A stretch of DNA of 64,000 bases from Candidatus Omnitrophota bacterium (GCA_015231405.1 JADGBR010000004.1:189-64188); one strand, 5' to 3'. Positions 25,232-36,001 are shown, numbered from the stretch's first letter. Numbers and translations: made by a program. The notes: generated from the sequence alone by a model not told the origin.

Positions 25232-26641
25232 CTATGAGAACAATACCCCGTAATCGACTTCTTTATGGTTAATACCGAGGATCTCCCTCACCTTCGAATA
25301 GTCGACCAATTCTTCGGATAGAGCCCTCAATCCCTCACCAGACAATTTATCATGATCTTTGTATGCTACGCCTATTAAACCCTCAAGATCTATATATCTC
25401 AAATAGTATGGATGTGCCAATTGAACGACCGGCCTATTCATCATCAAGGCCTCCTCTAACACGGTAGATGAAAAACCTATCACCGCACCTGCTCCCTGAA
25501 TATCGTCCGAAAGAGCAACCCCACGGGATATTTCGACTGTTCCTTTTTTATCATACCCATTGACGCGTCGCTTATGTTCCCGGCTCATCTTAGCAAACGG
25601 ATGTAAACGAAGCCTGATCTTACCGGTATTTCCCTTCTCGATCAGCCGGAACATCGCCCCAAGCACAACTTCATTATCGAACCTTGCCAACCCGGTAACA
25701 AAAAGATGATATCCGTCACTCCTTACAGGAACCCGAATATCCTTCCATATGGCGTATCGCGAACTACACCCATATTTGAATAATGTTCCAGGATAATACA
25801 GGGATAAAAGTTCTTTAACCCTTGAGTTAAAGATATACATTACATCCGGCAATACTACCCCCGCTTTTCTCTCCTCTTCATGAGTAAAATACCATGTCTT
25901 AGCCATCGAAATGGAAGCATGCTGAACTGTATATGTCCTTAGCCCGTGCTTCCTCGCGGCATGCCAGACTATCCTGGCCGATGAATGCATTTCCTGCACG
26001 CAACCGGCTTTCTTAATACCCTTTTCTCCAAGAACATGATCGCAAGTCCTCCATACCGCGTCCAACTCGAGCCAGCCTAACCCTAATACCCAGTTTACCC
26101 ATTCGAGAAATAATAAAGCGCTATCACTCAGCTTAGCCCTAGTCCCCGCCAGACATAACGCTTTTAATATCTCCCACTTCTCGATAACACCCAATTCGTT
26201 TATATGGGATACCTCACCCGCTAGACTCTTCCGGGGCCCTATGACAAGACATCGGTCATCTTCTCCTGTTCTCACATATGAGTTTATTAACTTCCCCCCA
26301 TTATCCCAGCGGCAACACATCGCAAAAACCACCAGGATCCTGTCACTGATCTTTCCGGTAATGACGTAACCCCATGATATCCGTTTCTTGAATAAACCCC
26401 ATGGCAGTGAGATCAATCTGACGGCAAATCTGGCCAGATATCTGATCAATATAGCGGCATAATACCTCCGTCTATACGCGTGATGCCATAAACAGGAAGT
26501 ATCCGGACTCCTGGCGCTGAGCGGCGACGCGAACAGCAAATACTCGCGCCCTTTCAAATAACCCGACATTGCCGCGACATATCCCGCCGCGGCTGTTTCA
26601 AAAACATCTGGAATATACATTTTAAGAATTTCGCCCGTCAT
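25232..26641 (-). CDS. hypothetical protein, possible GT-B-like sugar or glycerophosphate transferase
   Basis: 469 aa with no sharp motif. Sits between two radical SAM genes, with the next gene's start overlapping its stop by 4 nt. The C-terminal half (RLHPFAKMSREHKRR...GFSSTVLEEALMMNRPVV) is reminiscent of GT-B C-terminal domains. Confidence 0.35.
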   Translation of the reverse strand: MTGEILKMYIPDVFETAAAGYVAAMSGYLKGREYLLFASPLSARSPDTSCLWHHAYRRRYYAAILIRYLARFAVRLISLPWGLFKKRISWGYVITGKISDRILVVFAMCCRWDNGGKLINSYVRTGEDDRCLVIGPRKSLAGEVSHINELGVIEKWEILKALCLAGTRAKLSDSALLFLEWVNWVLGLGWLELDAVWRTCDHVLGEKGIKKAGCVQEMHSSARIVWHAARKHGLRTYTVQHASISMAKTWYFTHEEERKAGVVLPDVMYIFNSRVKELLSLYYPGTLFKYGCSSRYAIWKDIRVPVRSDGYHLFVTGLARFDNEVVLGAMFRLIEKGNTGKIRLRLHPFAKMSREHKRRVNGYDKKGTVEISRGVALSDDIQGAGAVIGFSSTVLEEALMMNRPVVQLAHPYYLRYIDLEGLIGVAYKDHDKLSGEGLRALSEELVDYSKVREILGINHKEVDYGVLFS

Positions 26642-26676
26642 TGCGAGTCCGCCACAGGAGGACGAAGCAATCTCTC
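26634..26676. repeat. third copy of the short palindromic repeat (GCCCGTCATTGCGAG-TCCGCCACAGGAG-GACGAAGCAATCTC)
   Basis: Shares the CGTCATTGCGAG ... GACGAAGCAATC ends with the 19801-19850 and 19891-19927 copies. It lies at the junction of the 25232..26641 and 26638..27645 ORFs. Confidence 0.45.
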
Positions 26677-27645
26677 TCGCCCGTCAATAACATTGGAATA
26701 CGTAGTAGACACCTGTTTCACTCTTTCCTTAATATCATATTTCGAATTGTAGACCATAACGTCCGATTTATCCTTATTTCGCTGGTCACAATTCTCGCAT
26801 ATCAGCCCGCTCCCTTCATACTCACCTGACTCATGGCAGCTTCTTATCTTAAGATACCTGGGAGACTTAAAGATCTCTTCCAGGGTCATAGTTCTGAGAT
26901 CTCCCAATTCGAGTTGTCCGTTAAAATCAAAACAGCACATATTTACGGTCCCGTCGACCTGGACCTGTAAAGGGGTATTAAACGGCCTGCCGCAAGTCTT
27001 AAGCTTTTCGCTCTGCACCACTCTATACTCCCTGCCGTCTATCCAGTTATGCGGCCTCCACACCTCAAGGAGATCAGTTCTATCTTTCCAGAAAGCTATC
27101 CATTTCTCGACGTCATCATCGTTTATGCCTTTACCTATGTTATAGGATAGTATCAACCTGGTATTCCGCCTGATCCGAGAAACATGACAAAGAACCTTCT
27201 CTATCTTGTCAAAGATATCGGCATTTTTCACATTATGCATTTTTTGATAAGTCTCCCTGCTAGCCCCATAAAAACTTACTCTGAGAGAGCTAACCCCAAG
27301 ATCATCAAGCGTTTTGAACTTTTCGGCGTTTAATAAGGAAGCGTTCGTGAGCATAAGCACTTCCAACCCCTTATTCCTGGCATATTTTATCTTCTCGAAT
27401 ATCCCCTCATCCAAAAAGGGTTCGCCAAAACCTGAAAAAGTACATATTTTATACTGGGAACTTTCCGCAAGTATCTTATCAAGCAGATCAAAAAACAGCT
27501 TGTTGTCCATCGTCCCCTTCCACCGTGTCAACTTCTCGCGTGGACAGATACAACATGAGTAATTGCACAAATTAGTAGTCTCGAACCTGATCTCACTATT
27601 TACGGGTATCATATTCTCCTTCCTGATATCATTAAGCTGAAACAC
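26638..27645 (-). CDS. radical SAM protein with SPASM/twitch-like C-terminal Cys cluster (paralogue 2)
   Basis: CNYSCCICPRE near the N-terminus. C-terminal CGRPF...MCCFDFNGQLELGDL...LICENCDQ. Its extreme C-terminal codons (LLRPPVADSQ) are encoded by the third repeat copy. Confidence 0.75.
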   Translation of the reverse strand: MFQLNDIRKENMIPVNSEIRFETTNLCNYSCCICPREKLTRWKGTMDNKLFFDLLDKILAESSQYKICTFSGFGEPFLDEGIFEKIKYARNKGLEVLMLTNASLLNAEKFKTLDDLGVSSLRVSFYGASRETYQKMHNVKNADIFDKIEKVLCHVSRIRRNTRLILSYNIGKGINDDDVEKWIAFWKDRTDLLEVWRPHNWIDGREYRVVQSEKLKTCGRPFNTPLQVQVDGTVNMCCFDFNGQLELGDLRTMTLEEIFKSPRYLKIRSCHESGEYEGSGLICENCDQRNKDKSDVMVYNSKYDIKERVKQVSTTYSNVIDGRERLLRPPVADSQ

Positions 27646-28816
27646 CCTTCATGCCCTCTATAAACCTTTCGGCATAATGTTCCCAGGTAAAACCCGACAA
27701 TATCCTCATCCTGGCAGATTCACCCATCCCAATGCATTCACTTGGGTTTTCATAATAATAAACGATCTTTTCCTTTAATGCGTCTGCCGATCCTGCCGGG
27801 ACAATAAAGCCATCTATCCCGTTACGGATAACATCTTCGGCACCCGTATTGGGTGTCGCTATTACGGGGATACCGCAGGCCATTGCTTCCATCATTACCT
27901 TAGCTAACCCTTCCTCAATGGAAGGCAGAACAAAAACGGAAGCTTGTGAATAATATTCTCCGAGCTTATTATGGTCAATATGCCCGAACATTTTAAACGT
28001 GCCTTCATATTTTTTAAAAAAAGGAAGCATTTCCCCGGAGTATCCGCCTATAAGCCACAGCTCCGCTCCGGGGATAGAAAGCCCCGAGAAAGCTTCCAAC
28101 AGATAATGCGTCCCCTTCTTAATGCTGGCGCGGCCGCAAAAAACAACTCTGAAGATATTATCTTTCTTTCCCGACTTTTTAAATTTTTCCGCGCTAACAC
28201 CGGAAGGTATTGTTAACAGTTTTTCTTCATTGATATTTTTATCTAAAAATGTCTTCCGCACAAAATTCGACAAGACCGCGATCCGATCCGCGAGTTCATA
28301 TTCCTTAATCCCCTTCTCAATGATCGCCGATGAATTAAGTTCCATATTTATACCGTATTTCACGTATTCTTCCGATATCACAGCGGATTGATATTTGACA
28401 TGAGTGTTCGTCCTGTCCAGTACGCACCGAACTCCTTCTTTGCGCGCAGCCATTATCGTATGAAGAGCGATGTATGATTCCACAAATAATATATCGCAAT
28501 CTGCTTTAAACGCTCCGGCGTTCCGCTTATCTATAAGCTCGTATATCATATATCTTTTATCGTTCTTTTTTATAGCCCCGGAGAGCTTCGAACCGAAAAA
28601 GTATTTTTGCGCCATAGACACGGGGATATCCGTAGTGACCTTCCGTGGATCTATCCTATGCTCATGATTTCTGGTTATCAGTCTCTTTTCAATGAACGGA
28701 TGCTTCCTGCTATAGAAAGGTATATACAATCTCGAAAGAAACCCTTTCCTGTCAAGCTGTTCAGCCAGATACAGCCCCCGAAGTGTTCCTCCGCTCGATA
28801 TTATTGATATTTTCAT
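27632..28816 (-). CDS. glycosyltransferase family 4 (GT-B, retaining)
   Basis: C-terminal EEGLAKVMMEAMACGIPVIATPNTGAEDVIRNGIDGFIV (the E-x7-E motif region). Confidence 0.8.
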   Translation of the reverse strand: MKISIISSGGTLRGLYLAEQLDRKGFLSRLYIPFYSRKHPFIEKRLITRNHEHRIDPRKVTTDIPVSMAQKYFFGSKLSGAIKKNDKRYMIYELIDKRNAGAFKADCDILFVESYIALHTIMAARKEGVRCVLDRTNTHVKYQSAVISEEYVKYGINMELNSSAIIEKGIKEYELADRIAVLSNFVRKTFLDKNINEEKLLTIPSGVSAEKFKKSGKKDNIFRVVFCGRASIKKGTHYLLEAFSGLSIPGAELWLIGGYSGEMLPFFKKYEGTFKMFGHIDHNKLGEYYSQASVFVLPSIEEGLAKVMMEAMACGIPVIATPNTGAEDVIRNGIDGFIVPAGSADALKEKIVYYYENPSECIGMGESARMRILSGFTWEHYAERFIEGMKGVSA

Positions 28817-28818
28817 TA

Positions 28819-29625
28819 TTAAGAGACTTTTTCCGAGACCGCTATTATATACTGGCAGTCCTCTACCCGTCCCGCACCAAGCTTTGTTGCGCCATATTTT
28901 TCAAAGCGTTCATAGACCTTTCTTATGAATCCGGACTTCTTAAACCACGGATATAGCCAAAATGATAGACGCCTTAAAATGCTAAATACTTCCCTTTTTG
29001 GGCCCATCTTCGTATGCCCATTAATACTTTTAATAGTGAAGTACCCCTTTAAAGATTCTCTCAATTTCTCTTCCGTAAAATGTTGATAATGCTTATCAAC
29101 CGGGGGCAATAATATTGATGGGACCGAAAGTATAAGTTTGCCATGATCTTTTAAGAATCCGTACGCTTTTGATACCACCGCCCTAACCTTCTCGAGTGGA
29201 ATATGCTCCAGGACATCCAGCATTACTACAATATCCGCTTTAAAATCCGGATCGACGTCAGCAATATCCCCTTGAATAAACTCAAGACCTGGATTAAACG
29301 CTCTTGCGAAAGCCAGCGCTTTTTCCGAATGGTCTATGCCAACGATCCGCATCGGCATCCCGGCAAACTCATAACAAAATCTCCCGTCGCCGCACCCGGC
29401 ATCAATAAGGGTTTTGCCTTCCGGCTTATCAATGAGTGTTTTTATGAATTTCAGCCTGTTAATATATTCCGCGTGCTCGAAATATCTGTATTCTCCGCTT
29501 ACGAGGGAAAGATAATGATAGGGAAAATAATAACTTTTATCCTGCATGATCTGTTTATTATCCAATGGAATCTCTACCCCATTTCTCGACATACTTCTCA
29601 TTCGCGTACGAAATCGCGGTATCAC
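28819..29625 (-). CDS. class I SAM-dependent methyltransferase
   Basis: LIDAGCGDGRF (motif I) and ADIVVMLDVLEHI (motif II). The start may be an internal Met (MRSMS or MQDKSYY), which would reduce the 68-nt overlap with the upstream gene. Confidence 0.7.
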   Translation of the reverse strand: MIPRFRTRMRSMSRNGVEIPLDNKQIMQDKSYYFPYHYLSLVSGEYRYFEHAEYINRLKFIKTLIDKPEGKTLIDAGCGDGRFCYEFAGMPMRIVGIDHSEKALAFARAFNPGLEFIQGDIADVDPDFKADIVVMLDVLEHIPLEKVRAVVSKAYGFLKDHGKLILSVPSILLPPVDKHYQHFTEEKLRESLKGYFTIKSINGHTKMGPKREVFSILRRLSFWLYPWFKKSGFIRKVYERFEKYGATKLGAGRVEDCQYIIAVSEKVS

Positions 29626-31606
29626 GCGTATTCCCTGAGCTCATTTTTTCATAAAGGTGCCCTATATAACTACCCATCCTCTCCGCGGCTCTCCCGTCGC
29701 GAAAAGGGTCCCTGGAGTCTATATCCTTATAATATTTTATATCACCAATATCCAGGCAATCTTTCCTGCCATTACGCAACCCTTCTACTTTATCCAGCAT
29801 AACATCTATATTATCGAACACGATCACATCCTTGCCCCACAAATATTCCGGATATTCATAGCATCCTTCCAGATCAAGAAATATCGTCCTGTTCCCCGCG
29901 AGCAAATTTTCCAGCCCGACAGTTCCACCTGCCAACAATGTGATCACAATATCTGACGCCTTGCCATATTCTACGGGATATACATTTGGTTTATATCCAC
30001 GTCCGGGATCAAAATAGATCCGACCGCACTCTTTGATCTTTTCAAGCGGCCCACGCAGTCCAGGCAACCTTTCCACAAGCCCGGAAGCATTTTTGGGTGA
30101 ACATATCAACCCTACTTCAGGAGTTTTAAATACATATTCGAACAATTCTTGATAGACTTTAGTCCCAACCAGGCTGGAAGTCATCGAGAACATGCTATCA
30201 GACGCGTGTTCATCAAAATATGATACTATGAACTTCGCTCCCTTTCCCATCATCCTTCTTCGTAAAATACCAGCATTCTCATCAACATGTTGAAATGAAT
30301 AATCCGTCAAATAACCGCAATATAGAATATTCTCACTTAACATCCCGCTGCCAACAAAAGCTTTTTTGTTAGCCGGACCGAAGAGGAACATAACATCCGC
30401 ATTAGTCCCGTAAATAAGCGCGGGAAAAATAGCGTTCGACAACTGGTAACTTATATTAATTCCTCCGCATTCGACCAATGCCAACCTCTCCGCAACCCTC
30501 GAATAGACAACATCCATTCTATCAATATTGATGATTATTTTATTTGTCCTGAAATAATCATGCGCCAGGGAATAGGCCGAAATAAAGTCGATGATCGGAG
30601 CGGTTAATACCCCTGGGTGACCCCCTTGTCTCAAGATGCTTTTCACCATAAATGGAAAAATAGAACCCGCGCAGTTCATTATTTTTCCCAGAAATATTCC
30701 CGAAGCCCGGTATGATGGTATCTTTTTGTCAACAGCCTCATCGTGCAATAGTTTTAAATACCTTATCCCCCTGCTCCTCAGCAGCGCAAGCATTTCCCCT
30801 GTCACAGGAACGTTCTTACGCCTGAAGTAGACCAACACCTTTCCTTCGGGAACATTACACCTCTGCAACCAAGGAAAATCACACCTCCTATCAGGTTCGA
30901 ACGTAATACCAATTCCTGTATAATTTACACCGATAACACCATTAGTTTCGCGTTCACCGTTTGAGGCTTTTCCGAAAGCACTAACGCCGGAATTAAACAG
31001 TGCCCGCGCGACTTTTCCGGCCAGATCGATAATCTTGGAGCAAAAGAACGCAATATTTTTGGCGCACTCGCTTAAAGAAAAAGAATATTCTATATAGACA
31101 TTGAACTTCGTTCTTGAATAATCCCCTAACAACAGTTTATTTATTTTTTTCACTGTCACGAAAAACGTTCTTCCCTCGTATCCCGCCTTATCAAAGAACC
31201 ATTTTATAAAAAGAACCTCAAGAAGCGGGGTTTTTATTAAACCCCCCAGATATTTCTCTAAATATAATTCAAATTCCCGTTGCCCAAATATCCCGCAACA
31301 ACACTTCACTAGAGGATCTTCGCTAAAAACAGCATACCCCTTTTTCGTCAATTCAAGCAGCATAACATCCAATCTTACATAATAACTTCTCCCGTTTTCA
31401 TTCTCCCTTACCTCACTAAGCTTTGGAGTTATTCTCTTCAACCGCCAATTATTCCCAACTATGCCAACTAAAAGATCAAGCACTTTTGAACTGTAGAAAT
31501 AATAGACTCTCCTTTTCTGTCCATGTCTCAATAGCTCAAAGAGATACTCTGCTACCGTTAACCTTTCATATACAATGTTTTCGATATCGTCAGTCATAAA
31601 AAACAT
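29558..31606 (-). CDS. hypothetical 682-aa protein, candidate nonulosonic-acid/sugar transferase (Maf/DUF115-like?)
   Basis: Large soluble protein inside the glycan block with no sharp motif. The Maf-like idea rests only on its position in a CMP-legionaminic-acid-type locus that needs a transferase. Confidence 0.3.
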   Translation of the reverse strand: MFFMTDDIENIVYERLTVAEYLFELLRHGQKRRVYYFYSSKVLDLLVGIVGNNWRLKRITPKLSEVRENENGRSYYVRLDVMLLELTKKGYAVFSEDPLVKCCCGIFGQREFELYLEKYLGGLIKTPLLEVLFIKWFFDKAGYEGRTFFVTVKKINKLLLGDYSRTKFNVYIEYSFSLSECAKNIAFFCSKIIDLAGKVARALFNSGVSAFGKASNGERETNGVIGVNYTGIGITFEPDRRCDFPWLQRCNVPEGKVLVYFRRKNVPVTGEMLALLRSRGIRYLKLLHDEAVDKKIPSYRASGIFLGKIMNCAGSIFPFMVKSILRQGGHPGVLTAPIIDFISAYSLAHDYFRTNKIIINIDRMDVVYSRVAERLALVECGGINISYQLSNAIFPALIYGTNADVMFLFGPANKKAFVGSGMLSENILYCGYLTDYSFQHVDENAGILRRRMMGKGAKFIVSYFDEHASDSMFSMTSSLVGTKVYQELFEYVFKTPEVGLICSPKNASGLVERLPGLRGPLEKIKECGRIYFDPGRGYKPNVYPVEYGKASDIVITLLAGGTVGLENLLAGNRTIFLDLEGCYEYPEYLWGKDVIVFDNIDVMLDKVEGLRNGRKDCLDIGDIKYYKDIDSRDPFRDGRAAERMGSYIGHLYEKMSSGNTRDTAISYANEKYVEKWGRDSIG

Positions 31607-31615
31607 ATTATCAGA

Positions 31616-33184
31616 TCATTTCTGTGCAATATCTTCCAACGTTCTTATCAGATCTTTCTCGTCAGCACGCTCATCCCATAACCCATTATTTTCAAAAACA
31701 TATTTCCTCAGAATATCGTTTAATGCTTCAGTAAGACTCATCCCTACCTTATCGCTTTTTTCAGATCTTCTTATGTATTCATAAAATACGTACGGCAATT
31801 TTACATAGAGCACGAACCTTGCTCCAAGCGCGATCAACTCTTCCCGGGATATTTCGGGAAGAGTTAATGATGGCATTGTGAAATAGTTCATACGGCTCTC
31901 CCCATATTTATAGAACCCGTTCCTTACAGAAATATCCATGCTTTCGGTCCCTTCCAGAGGAAAGAAGAAACCAACATTTGGATACTTAACCCCGCAGGTT
32001 CTATTGAGCTCGACCGTCTCCATTATTGTTTCCCGTGTATCGAAAGGCAACCCTATCATATTAAAAGAAACCGTTTTTATTCCTGCTTCATTGACAAACC
32101 CAAAGGCCCTGATCAATTCCTCTTTGGTTTCTTTTCTTTTAAGTATTTGTGTCCTTAAATAGTCATTCCCGCTTTCTATCGCAAGGGTGAGTGAGACGCA
32201 GTTCATTTCTTTCAACAAAGCGACCTTCTCCCGCGTAACGTTGTACGCGTTGGCCATCGCGGCAAAAGGCACGTTGATCTCTTCTCTATAACGCTTGGCG
32301 AGTCGAGCGAAATATTCATATGGCTTCAGACAAAAATCCGCGTCGTGAAATTTAAAGAATGAAATATCCCATTCGCGAACGAGATATTTGAGTTCATCGA
32401 TAATGCGTTCGACGCTGTAGTATCTGAAATATTTTCCTGTACATGATGAATAGAGCTTACGGTAAGGTTCATGGATACAATATGTACATTTGTTCACACA
32501 GCCCCAGGCTATAATATGATCCGCCCCTTTCTTTATTTCCCCGTCAATAGGCTTCAGCCTATGTCTGTGGTCAAAGATAGAGAAATCCAGAAATGGAAGC
32601 GTGTCCAGGTCCTGGAGAAGAGGACGCATAGGATTTTTAACTATTCTCCCATCTTTTGCCCTATATGCTATATTTCTGACATCCATCGGCGATCTACCTG
32701 CCGAGAAAAGATCAGCGAATTCGATAAAAGCTTCTATCCCCTCCCCTACACATACATAATCCACGTTCTTATCTTCCAATATCGTTCCGCACATAAGCGA
32801 CGGGAACATGTTTCCCCAAATTACCGGGATGTCCCTTTTCCAAGACTTGACGATCTCAGACGCCAGATGTCCGATATCGACCGTATCGAATAATATGGAT
32901 AGTCCTACAATATCAGGCTCGAACTCTTCAAGAATGCTTACCAGTTCTTTCCTGAAATCCAGGCTTTTTCCAGCACCCTCGAATACAGGATAGTCAACTG
33001 GCTTAAAAAAAGGGTTTTTAGCAAAACCCCCGACCGAATCCCCTTCAAGACCGGTATCGATAGTTGTTGTATCAAATAACTTTATTTTATGGCCATTCTT
33101 CTTCAAAGCACCCGAAAGGAGCGCGAGCCCTATCGGCTGAAACCCGAAACTGCCTTTATGCGGCCATATTAAAAGTATGTTCAT
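31616..33184 (-). CDS. B12-binding-domain radical SAM enzyme (class B)
   Basis: N-terminal MNILLIWPHKGSFGFQPIGLALLSGALKKNGHKIKLFD (B12-binding-like). Radical SAM motif GCVNKCTYCIHE. Confidence 0.8.
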   Translation of the reverse strand: MNILLIWPHKGSFGFQPIGLALLSGALKKNGHKIKLFDTTTIDTGLEGDSVGGFAKNPFFKPVDYPVFEGAGKSLDFRKELVSILEEFEPDIVGLSILFDTVDIGHLASEIVKSWKRDIPVIWGNMFPSLMCGTILEDKNVDYVCVGEGIEAFIEFADLFSAGRSPMDVRNIAYRAKDGRIVKNPMRPLLQDLDTLPFLDFSIFDHRHRLKPIDGEIKKGADHIIAWGCVNKCTYCIHEPYRKLYSSCTGKYFRYYSVERIIDELKYLVREWDISFFKFHDADFCLKPYEYFARLAKRYREEINVPFAAMANAYNVTREKVALLKEMNCVSLTLAIESGNDYLRTQILKRKETKEELIRAFGFVNEAGIKTVSFNMIGLPFDTRETIMETVELNRTCGVKYPNVGFFFPLEGTESMDISVRNGFYKYGESRMNYFTMPSLTLPEISREELIALGARFVLYVKLPYVFYEYIRRSEKSDKVGMSLTEALNDILRKYVFENNGLWDERADEKDLIRTLEDIAQK

Positions 33185-33735
33185 TACACTATTTTTTTGA
33201 TCACACGAGCCGGCACCCCCGCAGCCATTACCCTGTCCGGGATATCTTCGGTAACTATGCTCCCCGCTCCCACTACCGAATTCTCCCCTATCACAACTCC
33301 TTTTGTTATCACAGTGTTAGCCCCTACCCAACAGCCCTTTTTCAAGATAGCTTCTCGCGGTTCAGAATACCCCTGGAACAGTATCGGCACATCGGGATCA
33401 TCATAACGATGATTGGCTAAAAATATCTTCACCCCATAAGCAATAGCCACATTATCCTCTATCGTTATGCCTGGCCCGTTTTCACCGGGATGCGCGTGAA
33501 GAATTGTCCCGGGGCGTATCACAACCCCCTTTCCTATCCTGATCTTAGAACATACTATGGCGTATGCGCCCGGCCTAAACTCGGCGCTCTCGTCAAAATA
33601 CGCGAATTTCTCCTTACATAATCTCAACATAGTGGATTTAAAGTAAAGTTTCCAGTGGGTTAGCGGCATGTCCGGACCTATCCTGTCTTCTTTCCGCCAA
33701 AAATCGATCCTTTCTTTCAATTCCTGAATACGCAT
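33184..33735 (-). CDS. hexapeptide-repeat (LbH) sugar acetyltransferase
   Basis: Left-handed beta-helix repeats IGKGVVIRPGTIL, IEDNVAIAYGVKI and IGENSVVGAGSIV. Adjacent to a PtmE-like nucleotidyltransferase, so possibly the GlcN-1-P N-acetyltransferase step. Confidence 0.7.
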   Translation of the reverse strand: MRIQELKERIDFWRKEDRIGPDMPLTHWKLYFKSTMLRLCKEKFAYFDESAEFRPGAYAIVCSKIRIGKGVVIRPGTILHAHPGENGPGITIEDNVAIAYGVKIFLANHRYDDPDVPILFQGYSEPREAILKKGCWVGANTVITKGVVIGENSVVGAGSIVTEDIPDRVMAAGVPARVIKKIV

Positions 33736-33756
33736 TTCAACTCCTACTAAGCTTTA

Positions 33757-34857
33757 TCATAATAATCTTTCAAAATGGCTTATTACCTTCTTATATTCGG
33801 GCCATTGCCCGATATCGGTATAATCGTCTTCCTTCACGGGATAAAACAGAACTTTTTCACCTTTGGCGAGAAGGATACTTATGAGATCGGTCATATCGAA
33901 CTTTTCCCCGTCAGGGATATATTCCAAAACCGACTTATTGGCGACATATACTCCGGTATTTATATTGAACGTGTATTCCGGTTTTTCCTTAAGGCTTTTA
34001 ACGCTCCCTATTTCATCAGACTCTACTACTCCGTAAGGTATTATGTAATCTTTTATGGATGTCAGCATAGTGAGGGCAGCCTTTTTACCGACATGCATAG
34101 CAAGGACCTCCGAGAAATCGGCTTTCACCATAACGTCACAATTGTTCACGATAAAGTTCCCATCTATTTTGTCCCGCAACAGTTTAAGGCTCGCGGCCGT
34201 ACCCATATAACTCACTTCCTTGATGAATTCTATGTCAAAACCATGTTCCACGCCGTTAAAATACGATATCACCATATCGCTCTTATAATTCAATGTCACA
34301 AAGAACTTTTCTACCCCCTGGTCGCTGAATTTATTCATTATAAGCTCAATAATTGGCTGTTCGTTAATTGGTATGAGAGGTTTGGGAAGTATTTTCGTGA
34401 AAGGCGCCATTCTTTCTCCCCGTCCTCCGGCCATAATAACCACCGGGATCGATATAGTCCCATGCTTAAATACTTCCCCGTATTTTTCCTCGAAGAGCAT
34501 ATCCCACGTTATGTAGTCGACAAGCCGTTCTTCGTCATCGACTATCGGCAAAAGCTCCAACCTGTTACCCACTATGATCTCCTTCACCTCGTCAGAGCTG
34601 TACTGCCCTTTTTTCACCCTGGCAGGCGTCCCGCAATAATAGGAGGAGATAGGTCCATTGAGATCCCTGCCATCCAGTATTATTCTCCTGATATCACCGT
34701 CGGACAACGTCCCAAGCAGTTTTTTTCCAGGATCGACAACTAACAATATCCTTTTACCGGTCGAGTTCAGTATTTTGAGCGCCTGTTTAAGGCTGATATT
34801 CTCATTCACCAGAATTTCTTCATCCATTTCTTTTATCCTTTCCTTTTTTGCGGTCAT
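33757..34857 (-). CDS. CBS-domain sugar-phosphate nucleotidyltransferase (PtmE-like, GDP-sugar forming)
   Basis: N-terminal tandem CBS region (LGTLSDGDIRRIIL). The NTP-transferase motif is VVIMAGGRGERMAPFTKILPKPLIPI. Confidence 0.75.
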   Translation of the reverse strand: MTAKKERIKEMDEEILVNENISLKQALKILNSTGKRILLVVDPGKKLLGTLSDGDIRRIILDGRDLNGPISSYYCGTPARVKKGQYSSDEVKEIIVGNRLELLPIVDDEERLVDYITWDMLFEEKYGEVFKHGTISIPVVIMAGGRGERMAPFTKILPKPLIPINEQPIIELIMNKFSDQGVEKFFVTLNYKSDMVISYFNGVEHGFDIEFIKEVSYMGTAASLKLLRDKIDGNFIVNNCDVMVKADFSEVLAMHVGKKAALTMLTSIKDYIIPYGVVESDEIGSVKSLKEKPEYTFNINTGVYVANKSVLEYIPDGEKFDMTDLISILLAKGEKVLFYPVKEDDYTDIGQWPEYKKVISHFERLL

Positions 34858-36001
34858 TAAAGACTTTTTTTATTATGTCCTTAAGCGGCGCCCTTTTAAG
34901 AACACGTAGAACTATTAAAAGCCCGTCTTTGGAGTAATACGGATTAACTGTATTCGCCAGGTTCTCCCTGAACTTTCCGGATAATAGCAATTCTAGGGAC
35001 CTCAAGATAGGCTCGCTTCTAGCTTCACAGTCTATGACGCTTGACCCTTTTTCCCTGCCTTTCTGCCTATTACCGATATTTACGGTCCCTACCTTGAAAC
35101 TCGGCGCTTCTATGATCCCACTTGATGAATTCCCTACCACTCCATCCACGTTTCTCATTGCGGATAAATACCCTATCCGGCCCATAGAGGTAACCGCGAA
35201 GGCTCTTTTCCTATTTGCTTTCACATATCCATCTATCAGGCGGTTAATACTCCTTCCACCGGTATCGGCGTTGGTCTTGGTAAATATGACCGTTATATCT
35301 TTAAATCGGTCCAACGCTTTAATAAGTTCACGCATTTGCCGTTCCTGCGTTCTTTCCTCGAGCGTCACCGGGTGATAGGTTACAAGAAGGTTCTTTGCAC
35401 CGAATTTCACGCCATACTTATTCTCCAGCTCTTTTTTACCCAGAAGATCTTTTGTTTTAATTCCGTCCAGGTGGAACGCCCCGACACGAAAAACCCTTTC
35501 CGGAGCCTCGCCGAGCTGTATCACCCTCTGCCTCGCCCGTTCCGTCAGGGTGAAATGATAATGGCTCATCTTGGTTATGGAATGCCGTATCGCCTCGTCA
35601 ATCGCCCCAACGGTAGTCTCCCCCCCGGCTATGTGAGCTATGGGTATCCTATGGAACATCGCCGCGGAAGCTGCCGCTAATATCTCGTAACGATCCCCCA
35701 GTAAGAGAAGCACATCCGGCCGAAACCTATCGAATATCGCCGAAAAACCCCGAACGCCTTTAGCGAAAGCCGCGGCAATATCCTTTTCCGTATCCCCTTC
35801 AAGACCGATATCCACCCTTTCATTTATGATAAACCCGTCATTCTCTATTTCCCGGACGGTCATCCCGTGATATTTAGAAAGATGCGCCCCGGTCACGAAG
35901 ATATAAAGCTTGAAAGCTTTGTCCTTAGCGATCTTCTCAATGAGCGGCTTCAATATCCCATACTCGGCCCTTGTGCCTGTGACCACAGCGATCTTTTTCA
36001 T
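34820..36001 (-). CDS. legG: UDP/GDP-N-acetylglucosamine 2-epimerase (hydrolysing), NeuC/LegG family
   Basis: MKKIAVVTGTRAEYGILKPLIEKI...HIAGGETTVGAIDEAIRHSITKMSHYHF, the characteristic NeuC N-terminus and HxxGGE core. Confidence 0.8.
   Translation of the reverse strand: MKKIAVVTGTRAEYGILKPLIEKIAKDKAFKLYIFVTGAHLSKYHGMTVREIENDGFIINERVDIGLEGDTEKDIAAAFAKGVRGFSAIFDRFRPDVLLLLGDRYEILAAASAAMFHRIPIAHIAGGETTVGAIDEAIRHSITKMSHYHFTLTERARQRVIQLGEAPERVFRVGAFHLDGIKTKDLLGKKELENKYGVKFGAKNLLVTYHPVTLEERTQERQMRELIKALDRFKDITVIFTKTNADTGGRSINRLIDGYVKANRKRAFAVTSMGRIGYLSAMRNVDGVVGNSSSGIIEAPSFKVGTVNIGNRQKGREKGSSVIDCEARSEPILRSLELLLSGKFRENLANTVNPYYSKDGLLIVLRVLKRAPLKDIIKKVFNDRKKGKDKRNG

Noticed and set aside
19781-26676. 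The three related repeat copies, considered as a possible CRISPR array
   Set aside because: There are only three copies, two in inverted orientation and one 6.7 kb away, with no regular spacers and no cas genes.
33775-34743. 322-aa plus-strand ORF antisense to the CBS-nucleotidyltransferase gene
   Set aside because: The translation is low-complexity (F/Y/I-rich) with no domain signature. The minus-strand frame encodes clear CBS and NTP-transferase motifs, so this is an antisense artefact of AT-rich codons.
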